A stretch of DNA of 64,000 nucleotides, taken from contig OY781964.1 of assembly GCA_963677485.1 (NCBI GenBank), forward strand, positions 3,008,001 to 3,072,000, read 5' to 3'. The position numbers and the translations under genes are program-made. Shown here piece by piece: positions 19,386 to 30,028 of the stretch; positions within the stretch are counted from its first letter, which is position 1, and each line of letters starts with the position of its first letter. The notes below the pieces were generated by a model. The model saw nothing but the letters and a program-made list of their open reading frames with translations, did no database searches and had not been told where the DNA came from. Origin of the DNA: Armatimonadota bacterium. Lineage in GTDB: Bacteria; Armatimonadota; HRBIN16.

Positions 19386-20612
19386 ATGAACCTGATGCGC
19401 AAGATTTCCTTGCTGACCAGCGCAGCTCTTGTCCTGGTGTTGGCCACCTCAATGCTACAAGCTGCCCCCATCCTGAAACCCGGCCAGACGCTGGTTTTCT
19501 ACGGTGACAGCATCACCGAACAGCGGATATATACCCGGTACGTGATGGACTATTTCACCATGCGTTATCCTGGAGTGACCTATCATTTCCGTAATGCTGG
19601 TTGGAGTGGTGACACGGCTCCTGGCGGTGCGAATCGGCTGCAGCGCGATGTGCTCAGTCTGAAGCCGGACGTGGTCACGGTAGTTTTCGGTATGAATGAT
19701 GGTAAATACACAAAGTTCAGCCAGGAAAATTTCGATGCCTATATGAATGGTATGAAGAAGATTGTGCAGCAGTTGAAGCAGGCTAAAGTGAAGGTCGTGC
19801 TGCTGACACCCGGTTGTGTTGACGTAGATAAGCAAGAAGGCCTAAGGCTGTTTTACAACGAAACCCTGGCCATGTTTGGTGAGGGCGTGCAGCAGCTCGC
19901 GAAAGACGAGAACCTGCCGTTCTTCAATCTGCATGATCTGATGCTGAACGCTCAGACACAAGCGAAAGCCGATAACCCAGCATTCACCATGATCCCCGAC
20001 AGCATTCATCCACTGAACGCAGGTCATGCCATCATGGCCCTGGGCGTGCTGAAGGCATTAGGCTGCACCGACCAACCATCCTCGCTGGTCATCAACGCCA
20101 GCACCAAAACTGTGGTAGCCAAAAAATGCGCAGTGATTAACCTGGCTGTCGCCAGCGATAAGCTGAGCTTCACTCGCACCGACAGTGCCTTGCCTGCGTG
20201 GTTCAACCCCGATGTTGATGCGATCCGCAAATATGTGCCTTTAACCGCGGAACTGAATAACTATCCCTTGACTGTGAAAGGCCTGTCACAGGGTGACTGG
20301 AAGATATCAGTCAGCGGTATGACGTTAGGAACCTTTAGCAGTGATGAGCTTGCCAAAGGCGTCAATCTAGCCGAGATGCAGGGTCCATGGAAGCCGATGG
20401 GTGAAATGGTTGATGCCATCTCGTTGAAGCATGAGTCCTGTTACATAGGATATTGGCGTCACAGTTGTAATGAACTCACACCCCCTACCTTTACCGATGT
20501 AGATATGTTCAGTGTGATGCAGAAAACAGGTTCTATGATGGACGCATTTGATGCCGTGCGTATCGGTGCGACATCAAGCCGAACATGGCAGTGGGAGCTG
20601 GTCAAACTGTAG
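19386..20612 (+). CDS. Secreted SGNH/GDSL hydrolase (esterase)
   Basis: FYGDSIT, NAGWSG, FGMND, DSIHP blocks; signal peptide; AAGGAG RBS. Confidence 0.9.
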   Translation: MNLMRKISLLTSAALVLVLATSMLQAAPILKPGQTLVFYGDSITEQRIYTRYVMDYFTMRYPGVTYHFRNAGWSGDTAPGGANRLQRDVLSLKPDVVTVVFGMNDGKYTKFSQENFDAYMNGMKKIVQQLKQAKVKVVLLTPGCVDVDKQEGLRLFYNETLAMFGEGVQQLAKDENLPFFNLHDLMLNAQTQAKADNPAFTMIPDSIHPLNAGHAIMALGVLKALGCTDQPSSLVINASTKTVVAKKCAVINLAVASDKLSFTRTDSALPAWFNPDVDAIRKYVPLTAELNNYPLTVKGLSQGDWKISVSGMTLGTFSSDELAKGVNLAEMQGPWKPMGEMVDAISLKHESCYIGYWRHSCNELTPPTFTDVDMFSVMQKTGSMMDAFDAVRIGATSSRTWQWELVKL

Positions 20613-20629
20613 CCCCAACAGTGCTATTC

Positions 20630-20663
20630 ACAGCCCTGCCAGCATCGCCTGGCAGGGCTGTTT
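20630..20663 (+). terminator. Intrinsic terminator
   Basis: ACAGCCCTGCCAG-CATCGC-CTGGCAGGGCTGT followed by TT. Confidence 0.6.
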
Positions 20664-20886
20664 AGTGTACTGTTCCTCACGGATTACGGGACGGATGCTG
20701 TTGATAACACATAGTGCTGGTTTGGCGCCTTGAGTTCCATAGATCGAAGCTGTGGATTGATGTAAAATGACCGGTAGGAATCGAATGATTTCGCATTTTC
20801 ACTAATACTTGGTGCCAGGTCATTTCGCCCACACCGATATGGGCGATCCTCACATTCCACTGACCATCCACAAAGGCTTTACATAT

Positions 20887-21792
20887 ATGGAAAAACTTCA
20901 TCTCACTAACCTCAAGGCGCTGGAAGCTGAGAGCATCTACATCATGCGTGAGGTTGTCTCTGAGTTTGAGCATCCCGTGATGCTTTACTCGGTGGGCAAG
21001 GACTCGTCGGTGATGGTGCGCCTGGCCCAGAAGGCGTTCTACCCTGGCAGCATCCCGTTTCCGCTGCTGCACGTCGATACGGGCTTCAAATTCCCGGAAA
21101 TGTACGAGTTCCGCGACAACTTCTGCAAACAAATCGGTGCGGACCTTCGCGTCTATCGCAATGAAGAGGCGATCGCGAACAACACCAACCCCTGGGACTT
21201 GGGAAGCCCCAAGTGCTGCGGTCTGCTAAAGACGCAGGCACTGCTGGATGCGCTGACCGAAGGCGGATATGACGCCGCTTTTGGCGGGGCCCGGCGCGAT
21301 GAGGAGAAGTCACGGGCGAAGGAACGGATCTACTCCTTCCGAGATGCTCATGGGCAATGGGATCCCAAAAACCAGCGGCCCGAGTTATGGAACCTCTATA
21401 ATGGACGGATCCAGAAGGGTGAAAGCATCCGCGTGTTCCCGTTGTCCAACTGGACAGAGCTTGATGTCTGGATGTATATCCACCTGGAAAACATCCCAGT
21501 GGTGCCGATGTACTTCGCGAAAGAGCGGGATATGGTGAAGCGCGATGGGCGGTTGATCCCAATATACCCAGATACCCCCATTCAGCCTGGCGAGGAACCT
21601 CAAAAGGTGATGTGCCGCTTCCGGACCCTGGGTTGTCACCCTTGCACCGGTGCTGTGCTTTCCAGTGCAGCCACTGTGATGGACATCGTGCAGGAGATGA
21701 TGGTGGCGCGGCAGTCAGAGCGAATCACCAGGTTGATTGACCATGACCAGGATAGTTCGATGGAACAGAAGAAGCGCGAGGGATATTTCTAA
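20887..21792 (+). CDS. cysD: Sulfate adenylyltransferase subunit 2
   Basis: [56 protein letters not shown]. Confidence 0.97.
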   Translation: MEKLHLTNLKALEAESIYIMREVVSEFEHPVMLYSVGKDSSVMVRLAQKAFYPGSIPFPLLHVDTGFKFPEMYEFRDNFCKQIGADLRVYRNEEAIANNTNPWDLGSPKCCGLLKTQALLDALTEGGYDAAFGGARRDEEKSRAKERIYSFRDAHGQWDPKNQRPELWNLYNGRIQKGESIRVFPLSNWTELDVWMYIHLENIPVVPMYFAKERDMVKRDGRLIPIYPDTPIQPGEEPQKVMCRFRTLGCHPCTGAVLSSAATVMDIVQEMMVARQSERITRLIDHDQDSSMEQKKREGYF

Positions 21793-23684
21793 TGGGTATC
21801 ACCGAATTCGTCAACCAGGTACAGCAAGCGGATCTGCTGCGGTTTACCACGGCAGGCAGTGTGGACGACGGTAAGTCGACGCTCATCGGCCGGCTGCTGC
21901 ACGACTCCAAAAACATCTATGAAGACCACCTCACCTCATTGCGCAAAGACTCCAAGACGGCTGGGCGTGAGAACATCGACTTCGCGCTGTTGACCGATGG
22001 TCTGAAGGCGGAGCGAGAGCAGGGGATCACCATCGACGTCGCGTACCGCCATTTTTCGACGCCCAAACGGCGGTTCATCATCGCCGATACTCCCGGGCAT
22101 GAGCAGTACACCCGCAATATGGTCACCGGTGCGTCCACGGCTAACCTGGCGATCATCTTGATCGATGCCCGGCTGGGTGTTCTGACACAGTCGAAACGGC
22201 ACGGCTTTATCGCCTCGCTGTTGGGTATTCCGCACATCGTGGTGGCGATCAATAAGATGGACCTGGTGGACTACTCGCAAGAGGTCTACAACGCGGTCTG
22301 CGACGACTACCGCGAGTTTTGCGCCAAGCTGCCTATTCGAGATATCACCTTCATCCCGATGAGTGCGTTCTACGGTGACAATGTGGTGGAGCGCGGCGAC
22401 AACATGCCGTGGTATCAAGGGGCTCCGCTGCTGCAGCATCTGGAGCAGGTACACATCGCCAGTGATGCAAACCTGATTGACTTCCGATTTCCTATTCAAT
22501 ATGTGCTCCGACCAAATAGCAGCTTCCGCGGATATTGCGGAGCGGTGGCCTCGGGTGTTGTGCGCATAGGTGATGAGATAGTGGCACTGCCTTCGGGCAA
22601 GAAGTCACGGGTGCAACGGATACTTTCTGGCGATGAGGATGTGGAGTATGTGGTGCCTCCACAGGCGGCCACGATCTGCCTTGAAGACGAGATCGACCTG
22701 AGCCGCGGTGATATGATGGCCCATCCTGACAACACCCCCTGGGTTGCGAAGGATGTGGAGGCGTTGATGATATGGATGGACACCGAGCCGCTCAAGATCA
22801 ATCATAACTATATCTTTAAGCATACCACGCGGTCGGTGCGGGGGCGTTTGGCCGAACTGAAGTATAAGATTGATCCCAATAGCCTGCATCGGCAGCCTGC
22901 TGAGACCCTTGATTTAAATGAGATCGGCCGGGTCAAACTGGAGCTGTTCCGCCCGATGCTGTGTGACGAATACGCGCGCAACCGGACTACGGGCAGCTTT
23001 ATCGTGATTGACCCGCTCACTAACTTCACTGTGGGGGCGGGTATGATCATAGACCGTACCCACCACCACGGGACAGATACACGTGACGCTGATGCCAAAA
23101 ATCGTCACCTCACGAAGCATAAAGGCGCGGTGACGGTTGAAGACCGTGTGCGGGTGTTGGGGCAGCGTCCCAGCACGCTTTGGCTGACAGGATTAAGCGG
23201 ATCCGGGAAGTCCACCATCGCCTATGCACTGGAGAAACGGCTGACGGACGTGGGCTGTGCCTGCTTTGTGTTGGACGGCGACAACATGCGCCACGGGTTG
23301 AACCGCGATCTGGGTTTCAGTTCAGATGACCGCAGTGAGAACATCCGCCGGGTGGCTGAGGTAGCGAAACTGTTCAACGAAGCAGGGCTAATGGTGATCG
23401 CCTCCTTCATCTCGCCGTTTGAGAAGGATCGGCAGCATGCCAGGGAGATCATCGGCGATGAGTGGTTCAATGAGGTGTTTGTGGACACTCCTCTAGCTGA
23501 GTGTGAGGCTCGCGATCCTAAGGGGTTGTATGCCAAGGCGCGGTCAGGTGAAATCGCCGAGTTTACCGGCATTACATCGCCATACGAACAGCCCGAGTAC
23601 CCTGATGTGCGCATCGACACCACGAAACTCAGCATTGAGCAAGCGGTGGATATTCTTCTTAACAGGCTGACTTCCGACAGCTAA
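21792..23684 (+). CDS. cysNC: Bifunctional sulfate adenylyltransferase subunit 1 / adenylylsulfate kinase
   Basis: GSVDDGKSTLIGRLL, DTPGHEQYTRNM, NKMD; C-terminal WLTGLSGSGKST, LDGDN.RHGL, RDPKGLY. Confidence 0.97.
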   Translation: MGITEFVNQVQQADLLRFTTAGSVDDGKSTLIGRLLHDSKNIYEDHLTSLRKDSKTAGRENIDFALLTDGLKAEREQGITIDVAYRHFSTPKRRFIIADTPGHEQYTRNMVTGASTANLAIILIDARLGVLTQSKRHGFIASLLGIPHIVVAINKMDLVDYSQEVYNAVCDDYREFCAKLPIRDITFIPMSAFYGDNVVERGDNMPWYQGAPLLQHLEQVHIASDANLIDFRFPIQYVLRPNSSFRGYCGAVASGVVRIGDEIVALPSGKKSRVQRILSGDEDVEYVVPPQAATICLEDEIDLSRGDMMAHPDNTPWVAKDVEALMIWMDTEPLKINHNYIFKHTTRSVRGRLAELKYKIDPNSLHRQPAETLDLNEIGRVKLELFRPMLCDEYARNRTTGSFIVIDPLTNFTVGAGMIIDRTHHHGTDTRDADAKNRHLTKHKGAVTVEDRVRVLGQRPSTLWLTGLSGSGKSTIAYALEKRLTDVGCACFVLDGDNMRHGLNRDLGFSSDDRSENIRRVAEVAKLFNEAGLMVIASFISPFEKDRQHAREIIGDEWFNEVFVDTPLAECEARDPKGLYAKARSGEIAEFTGITSPYEQPEYPDVRIDTTKLSIEQAVDILLNRLTSDS

Positions 23685-23709
23685 CCGAACGCGCATCGCA
23701 TAGACATCA

Positions 23710-23744
23710 AAATGGCCGCCTTGATCAGATCAGGGCGGCCATTT
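23710..23744. terminator. Stem-loop terminator after cysNC
   Basis: AAATGGCCGCCTTGAT-CAG-ATCAGGGCGGCCATTT. Confidence 0.65.
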
Positions 23745-23760
23745 CATGGTTGTCATTTAG

Positions 23761-23927
23761 TTGCCACAGTCCGGGGCGGTCTGGCAGTACGCTGACAATT
23801 GCTACAGTCTATAGACCGCGCCGGTCTTGTTCGCGAAACCAATCTAGGGGGCTATCCGCCAGACCGGCGCGGTCTCGAGCCTTCTGTAGCCGCTAGCCAC
23901 CGCACAGACCGCCCCGGACATAGCCAA
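23761..23927. repeat. Repeat family A, full copy
   Basis: Outer IR GTCCGGGGCGGTCTG/CAGACCGCCCCGGAC, inner IR GACCGCGCCGGTCT/AGACCGGCGCGGTC. Confidence 0.88.
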
Positions 23928-24005
23928 TACAGCTGCTGTGAAAACCAAACGCGGCAGATGACCACAAGGGGTATCTACAGACAGATAGGGTTCATACCAT
24001 AACGG

Positions 24006-24725
24006 CTACAGGTTGTGGTAGTTGAGCTCTTTCATGTCTTCGTGCAGGAAGTCAAAATCATGAATCCCTGTATCTGTCTTCCAGCGTCCGACAGCCTCCG
24101 GCTTGACGGCGATCTTGGCTAGTTTGATGCCAAGGAACTGCTCCAGCCGCATCAGGGTGGCATCTTGATCAAGCACAAAGTCCTCAAACCGCACGTTAAT
24201 GGTGTGTTCTGGCACCGGCGTGGCCTTGACGATCTCCCGCTGGTATTTCCAACTGATCGCACGGCGTCGACGCTGATCTTCGGTCAGATCATACGGAATG
24301 TGGAAGTCAGCCAGGTCATCTGTAACATGAGCACCCAGAATGGCATCTTTTGGGTCACGTGTCCAGTGAATGTAGTAGGCATCGGGGAACATACGCACGA
24401 TCCATGGGTAGACAAGCGTGGTCTCTGGCAGTTTCCATCCTTTGTTTGGAGCATCACTGTTCAGCACGGACTGTAAATAACGCTCGACGAGCGTGGTGAA
24501 TTCGGGGTCAATAGGCATCGTGTGAAGCTGGCGAAAGTCCCAGCTCATCTGGTCAAGGTGGATCACATGCTTGGACATCACACGGCAGGCCTCATACATG
24601 TCATCCGGGGGGACGAGGTCACTGGAGCCATTGAGCGGAGAGCCCATGAACACACCGCTTTCGGACAGTGTGTGTGAGATGGCCCGTGTTCCACCATGGC
24701 CGCGTCCGATTACCACGACTAGCAT
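24006..24725 (-). CDS. Sulfotransferase-family protein
   Basis: N-terminal VVIGRGHGGT (PSB-loop-like), GWKLPET, IHWTRDPKD, VRFEDFV, VGRWK; lies next to cysDNC. Confidence 0.78.
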   Translation of the reverse strand: MLVVVIGRGHGGTRAISHTLSESGVFMGSPLNGSSDLVPPDDMYEACRVMSKHVIHLDQMSWDFRQLHTMPIDPEFTTLVERYLQSVLNSDAPNKGWKLPETTLVYPWIVRMFPDAYYIHWTRDPKDAILGAHVTDDLADFHIPYDLTEDQRRRRAISWKYQREIVKATPVPEHTINVRFEDFVLDQDATLMRLEQFLGIKLAKIAVKPEAVGRWKTDTGIHDFDFLHEDMKELNYHNL

Positions 24726-24894
24726 TTATACGTATTTCCTTCCTGAATTCCTAAGTTTGCGAATTCAGGTTACCACACTAGGGCGGTGATTGCCAACAGC
24801 GGCGGGAGGGGAGGGGCAGAGAGGAGTCAGGAGGCAGGAGTGCAGGAGACGGGAGGCAGCCCACAGATAGTCTGTATCAATGCTTTCTGACGAT

Positions 24895-25071
24895 ACTGGT
24901 AATATGTACAGTTTATTACAAAAAATCTACTGAAACAGTTATGAGGGATTGACTTCGGTTGTAGGATGCAACATAATTAGGTCACAGCTTGAGGGATTCG
25001 ATGCGTGTCACGGCCATGAAGTCCAGCACACGCATCCCTACAACAAGCCTCCCATGAAGGAGAATATACCA
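24895..25071 (+). promoter_or_regulatory. Dyad site + sigma70 promoter + structured leader of TIG gene 1
   Basis: ACTG-N10-CAGT (24895-24912); TTGACT(24949)-17 bp-CATAAT(24972); leader homologous to 31138..31311. Confidence 0.6.
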
Positions 25072-28000
25072 ATGTTGCGTACATCTGCATTCTGTCCGCC
25101 AGTATGGCTGGCGTCGCTGATTTTCGTCTGCATGGCTCAAACCTCAGGTGCAGCCGTTCCTCCAACGATCTCATCCTTCAACCCCGTGTCGGTTTACGTG
25201 GGGCAATACGGGACGAACTTCCCTGTTACTATTAATGGAACAAACTTCAACTCGGTGTCTGCGGTCAATGTTGGTGGACGATCTGCCAGCTTTGTGGTGA
25301 ACAGCACTGTCAAGATCACGGCCTTTGTTCCAGCATCCGCCAGCACCAACTTTCTCTATGTCACCACATCGGGTGGTACGGCATATAGCTCGTTGCCGTT
25401 TACGGTCAAACCTATACCTCCTCCCACCATAGTATCATTCACACCAACAAGCGCTTATGTTGGTGAAACGGGGAGGGTGGTCACCATCACTGGAACCAAC
25501 TATATGGGTGCGGGCGATTTGGCTGGGTATATTAAGAACACAACGGTCAAAATCGGGGGGACAAGAGCAAGCATCAACATCGTCAATGACACCACCATCA
25601 ATGCGACCGTGCCAGTCAACGTGATTTACCCCACTTACTGGATTTCAGTCACCACTAATGGCGGTACCGCATATAGCCAAACCAACTTCATCATCAAACC
25701 AATCCCTGCGCCAACCATATCATCCTTTTCACCAACGAGTGCCTACGCAGGTGAGACTAATCGAACTATCACCATCACCGGCACGAACTTCATGGGCACA
25801 GGTGAGCTCATCCCGCTCATCAGGGTGCTCAGTGTCAAAATCGGGGGTACCTCCGCAAGCTTTAATGTGGTCAGCGATATGACCATCACAACAGTCGTGC
25901 CGGCCAGCGTGCTCTACCCCATTTACTGGATTTCTGTCACCACCACCGGCGGCACAGTATATAGCAAAGATAACTTTACGCTGAAGCCTGTGCCTGCTCC
26001 CACGATCACATCTTTTACGCCTTCCTCAGGAAGTGTCGGCGACACGGTCAGTATTACCGGTGCGAACTTCATGGGCACCGGGGCACTGAGCGGGCTGATC
26101 GCAGTCAGTTCAGTGAAGATCGGAGGCACCGAAGCGAGCTTTAACGTCGTCAGTGACACATCGCTGATGGCTGTCGTACCCGCAAGCGTGCTTTATCCTA
26201 TCTACTGGATTTCGGTCACAACCTCAGGAGGTACTGTCTATAGCGGGAGTAACTTCACCGTAAAGCCGGCTTCAGCTCCCACGATCAGCTCATTTGCGCC
26301 AACCAGCGGTAAGGTCGGTGATCTCGTCACCATCACAGGTACGAATTTGACGGGTGCGACCGCGGTGAAATTCGCTGGCTTGACGGCGGTCTTCACTGTG
26401 GTGAGTGCGACCTCCATCACCGCGAACGTGCCCAGCGGTGCTGTGACCGGTAAGATATCGGTCACGACGCCAGGCGGAACTGCTATCAGTGCCACGGATT
26501 TTACTGTCTACCCACCACCTTCTATCAGCTCGTTTGCGCCGACGAGTGGGGCTGTTGGAGATACCGTCACCATCACCGGGGTGAACTTCACGGGAGCCAC
26601 TTCGGTGACATTCGGTGGCGATGTGTCCGCGACGATTACCTCCGTTAACGCAACCACCATCACTGCGACTGTACCTTCCGGTGCGGTCACAGGCACGATA
26701 TCGGTCACCACTCCTGGTGGTACAGCGGTTAGTAATGACAGCTTTACGGTGAACCCGGTGCCGACCATCACAAGCTTCACACCGACGAGCGGTAAACCCG
26801 GTGATTTCATAGACATCATAGGCACGAATTTCTATGCGATCACGGTGAAGTTCAATGGCACCCCGATCACGTATAACATCAACTACAGCACCAGCCACAT
26901 ATGCCCGAAGGTGCCCTGGGGTGCCACGACCGGCAGGATTACGATCAGCAATCCGTACGGTATTGCAACGAGTGCGGAGGACTTTGTAGTCATTCAAGAT
27001 CCCACGATCATCTCCTTCTCGCCAACATTCGGTAAGGTTGGTGATTTAGTGACAATCACCGGCACGAATTTCGGCCAGACGCCCGTCGTGCAGTTTAATG
27101 GGACCACGGTGGTGAGCTACCACGCGATCGCTGATACCTCCATTACTGTAGTTGTGCCAGATGGCGCAAGCACAGGTAGAATATCAGTCACCACATCAAA
27201 CGGCACGGTTACGAGTGCGGAGGACTTCACTGTTTATCAACAAATCACACTCCTTAGTTTCATGCCGACGAGTGGGTTCGTTGGTGCCACAGTAACCATT
27301 AGCGGCTCAGGCTTCACCGATGTAACCGGGGTTACGTTCAATGGCACGCCGGCGCCTCTATTCAACATAGATAGTGATACCTCGATTACTGTCATGGTGC
27401 CTGATGGTGCAAGAACAGGGCTGATATCGGTGAGCAACCCATCATACACAGCCACAACGACGGATTGGTTCATTGTGTTTCAACAGCCGTCCATCAGCTC
27501 TTTCCAACCCGCAAGCGGTAAGGTTGGCGATGTTGTGACTATTACTGGAACTAACCTGTTCGATATCACTGAGGTGTCGTTCTATGGTATGGCAGCTACG
27601 ACATTCACCGTAGATAGTGATACCACGATCACGGCCACTGTTCCGAGTGGCGCCCGCACGGGCATGATAGAGGTCAAAAACCCGGCATACAGGGCAGCGA
27701 GTACGTCGGTATTCGTTGTCTATCAGAAGCCGATCATCAGCTCCTTCACGCCGGGAAGTGGAGTCGTTGGCGATAGCGTAACACTCACCGGAACAGGCTT
27801 TACCGGTGTGTCTGGTGTCTCGTTTACGGGTGCCGCGGCGACCATTACATCAACAAGCGATACCTCCCTCACCGTAAGCGTGCCCAATGGAGCGACTACC
27901 GGTCCGATCACCGTCACCAACCCCGCGGGTTCGATGAGTAGTGCGACGGATTTCACTGTCTACCAACCGCCAACTATCAACACCTTCTCGCCAGAGAGTG

Positions 28001-29754
28001 GTATAGTTGCTAACGTCGTTGTGATTGATGGCTCGAACTTTACCAATCCATCAGAAGTCACATTTAACGGAACAACCGCGACGAATTTTACATGGATTAG
28101 CTCACAGCGCATCCGCGTCAGCGTCCCAGATGGTGCTACTACGGGTCCTATAGCCGTCACCACTCCAGGAGGTCATGCGACCAGTGCGAGTAACTTCACC
28201 GTCTACCAGAAACCAGCCATCAGTTCCTTCACTCCAGAGAGCGGGGCAGTTGGGCAGGTAGTCACGATTACCGGTAACAGCTTCGTTGGCGTAACACGGG
28301 TGATATTCAACATCACAACAGCGATAACATGCACCGTCAACAGTGAGACCTCGATCACAGCTACAGTGCCAAGTGGCGCGACGACAGGTAGGATTTCTGT
28401 CAGCACAATCTACGGTCCAGCTACAAGTGACGTAGATTTCGTTGTGAATCAACCACCGACCATCAGCTCTTTCGCGCCTTCTGCAGGTGCTGTGGGCATT
28501 GGCGTCACGATCAATGGATCGAATTTCACGGGTGCGACAGCTGTGTATTTTGGCGGTGTATTGCAGACGACTTATACCGTAATCAGTGATACTATGATCA
28601 CCACGACGGTGCCGAGTGGCGCCCAGACGGGTCCGATATCTGTGACCACACCCGGTGGTACAGCGACGAGTCAGAACCCATTCTTCGTCGCCCCGTCGAT
28701 AAGTTGGTTCACGCCGACCATTGGCCAGGTCGGTACGGTGGTCACCATCACCGGCACGAATTTCAATGGGGTAGGACAAGTCACATTTAACGGCGTGACC
28801 GCTGCGATCAACTCTGTCACTCCCACAACTATTGTGGCGACGGTACCAAGTGGTGCGACGAGTGGCCCGATATCTGTCACATCGCCGGGAGGAGTGGCGA
28901 CAAGTGCCGCCTACTTCATGGTTCAGCCGTATGGTGTCGTTGTGTTTTGGGGCAAGAATGGTTCCGGTCAAGGCAACCTTCCCACCCCAAATCTGAACTT
29001 TACACGGCTGTCTGCTGGCTGGAACCACATCGCTGGCTTGAAACAAGATGGCTCTGTAGTCTGCTGGGGCTATAATAGCTACGGCGAATGCAACGTTCCA
29101 TCCCCTAACCAGAACTTCGCTGAAGTTGCAGCGGGCTATTACCATACGGCAGGACTGAAGCGAGACGGCTCTGTGGTTTGCTGGGGTTGGACCCTCTATG
29201 GGATATGCACCGTGCCTTTACCGAACGAGAACTTCACCTCGGTCTCTACCCGTAATCTGCATACGGTCGGCTTGAAGCGTGATGGCACTGTAGTTTGCTG
29301 GGGTGACAACAGTTATGGTCAGTGCGTAGTGCCGATGCCTAATCAAAACTTCACCGCTGTCTCTGCTGGTCACTCCCACACGGTCGGTCTGAAGAGCGAT
29401 GGTTCTGTGGTTTGCTGGGGTTTCAACAACGTTGGCCAATGTGTAGTCCCAGCACCCAACCAGGGTTTCATTGCCGTCTCGGCGGGGGCTAGCCACTCGG
29501 CTGGTCTGAAGAGTGATGGCTCCATCGTGTGCTGGGGGTATAACGGTTATGACGCATGTAATGTGCCAGCACCCAATATGGAATTCGTCGGCATATCTGC
29601 AGGCATGTCACACACTGTCGGCCTAAAGCGCGATGGTTCTGTGGTCTGCTGGGGCACAAACACCAATGGCGAGTGTAATGTACCTGGCCCAAATAGCGGA
29701 TTCATTGCCATAAGTGCAGGTGCAAGCTATACTTGCGCTCTCAGGAACCCGTAG
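25072..29754 (+). CDS. Large secreted surface protein: 15 IPT/TIG domains + C-terminal 7-blade RCC1/BLIP-II-like propeller
   Basis: Signal peptide; 15 P.I.SF.P.SG.VG..VTITGTNF units; 7 DG.VVCWG.N..G.C.VP.PN..F...AG..H..GLK units; no dockerin tail. Start from the AAGGAG RBS. Confidence 0.88.
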   Translation: MLRTSAFCPPVWLASLIFVCMAQTSGAAVPPTISSFNPVSVYVGQYGTNFPVTINGTNFNSVSAVNVGGRSASFVVNSTVKITAFVPASASTNFLYVTTSGGTAYSSLPFTVKPIPPPTIVSFTPTSAYVGETGRVVTITGTNYMGAGDLAGYIKNTTVKIGGTRASINIVNDTTINATVPVNVIYPTYWISVTTNGGTAYSQTNFIIKPIPAPTISSFSPTSAYAGETNRTITITGTNFMGTGELIPLIRVLSVKIGGTSASFNVVSDMTITTVVPASVLYPIYWISVTTTGGTVYSKDNFTLKPVPAPTITSFTPSSGSVGDTVSITGANFMGTGALSGLIAVSSVKIGGTEASFNVVSDTSLMAVVPASVLYPIYWISVTTSGGTVYSGSNFTVKPASAPTISSFAPTSGKVGDLVTITGTNLTGATAVKFAGLTAVFTVVSATSITANVPSGAVTGKISVTTPGGTAISATDFTVYPPPSISSFAPTSGAVGDTVTITGVNFTGATSVTFGGDVSATITSVNATTITATVPSGAVTGTISVTTPGGTAVSNDSFTVNPVPTITSFTPTSGKPGDFIDIIGTNFYAITVKFNGTPITYNINYSTSHICPKVPWGATTGRITISNPYGIATSAEDFVVIQDPTIISFSPTFGKVGDLVTITGTNFGQTPVVQFNGTTVVSYHAIADTSITVVVPDGASTGRISVTTSNGTVTSAEDFTVYQQITLLSFMPTSGFVGATVTISGSGFTDVTGVTFNGTPAPLFNIDSDTSITVMVPDGARTGLISVSNPSYTATTTDWFIVFQQPSISSFQPASGKVGDVVTITGTNLFDITEVSFYGMAATTFTVDSDTTITATVPSGARTGMIEVKNPAYRAASTSVFVVYQKPIISSFTPGSGVVGDSVTLTGTGFTGVSGVSFTGAAATITSTSDTSLTVSVPNGATTGPITVTNPAGSMSSATDFTVYQPPTINTFSPESGIVANVVVIDGSNFTNPSEVTFNGTTATNFTWISSQRIRVSVPDGATTGPIAVTTPGGHATSASNFTVYQKPAISSFTPESGAVGQVVTITGNSFVGVTRVIFNITTAITCTVNSETSITATVPSGATTGRISVSTIYGPATSDVDFVVNQPPTISSFAPSAGAVGIGVTINGSNFTGATAVYFGGVLQTTYTVISDTMITTTVPSGAQTGPISVTTPGGTATSQNPFFVAPSISWFTPTIGQVGTVVTITGTNFNGVGQVTFNGVTAAINSVTPTTIVATVPSGATSGPISVTSPGGVATSAAYFMVQPYGVVVFWGKNGSGQGNLPTPNLNFTRLSAGWNHIAGLKQDGSVVCWGYNSYGECNVPSPNQNFAEVAAGYYHTAGLKRDGSVVCWGWTLYGICTVPLPNENFTSVSTRNLHTVGLKRDGTVVCWGDNSYGQCVVPMPNQNFTAVSAGHSHTVGLKSDGSVVCWGFNNVGQCVVPAPNQGFIAVSAGASHSAGLKSDGSIVCWGYNGYDACNVPAPNMEFVGISAGMSHTVGLKRDGSVVCWGTNTNGECNVPGPNSGFIAISAGASYTCALRNP

Positions 29755-29771
29755 TTTGCGGTAGGGGCTTT

Positions 29772-29918
29772 GGAGCGAGGAGCGGAGGGGAATGGGAGCA
29801 GAGGAGAATAGGAGCAGAGGAGCGGAGGCGAGGGGCGAGGGGCGAGGGAATTCGAGCGAGGAATATGGGCACCCTCCCTCTCTCCCTCCTTTTCTCCTCG
29901 TCTCCTCTCTCCTTTTTC
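29772..29918. repeat. Purine-rich/pyrimidine-rich low-complexity imperfect inverted repeat
   Basis: GGAGCAGAGGAG and GAGGGGC tandem units followed by a CTCCT-rich tract; a similar purine tract lies at ~24804-24859. Confidence 0.55.
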
Positions 29919-30028
29919 AGCGGATATCGGCTATTACTCCCAAATTGGCATAAAATAGTATAATGCCGGTGAAGCAAAACCGTCTATACTATATGTAGGT
30001 ATGCAATAGACTTCTGGAGGCGATATCA

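Noticed and set aside
23799-24002. Small ORFs sharing PPDRRG (3515, 23799, 37280, 48326)
   Set aside because: These are translations of non-coding repeat family A, with inconsistent starts, lengths and strands.
24977-25071. c-di-GMP riboswitch in the TIG gene leaders
   Set aside because: The leaders lack the GCAAA/GNRA-receptor pattern of class I and the class II pseudoknot consensus; kept only as an unassigned leader motif.
24949-25071. Upstream ORF-track starts (24949, 14274, 16031, 20809, 42944, 54366, 59547, 14053)
   Set aside because: Downstream starts fit better, having an SD sequence and/or giving a proper signal peptide or family N-terminus; the extensions overlap promoters or upstream genes.
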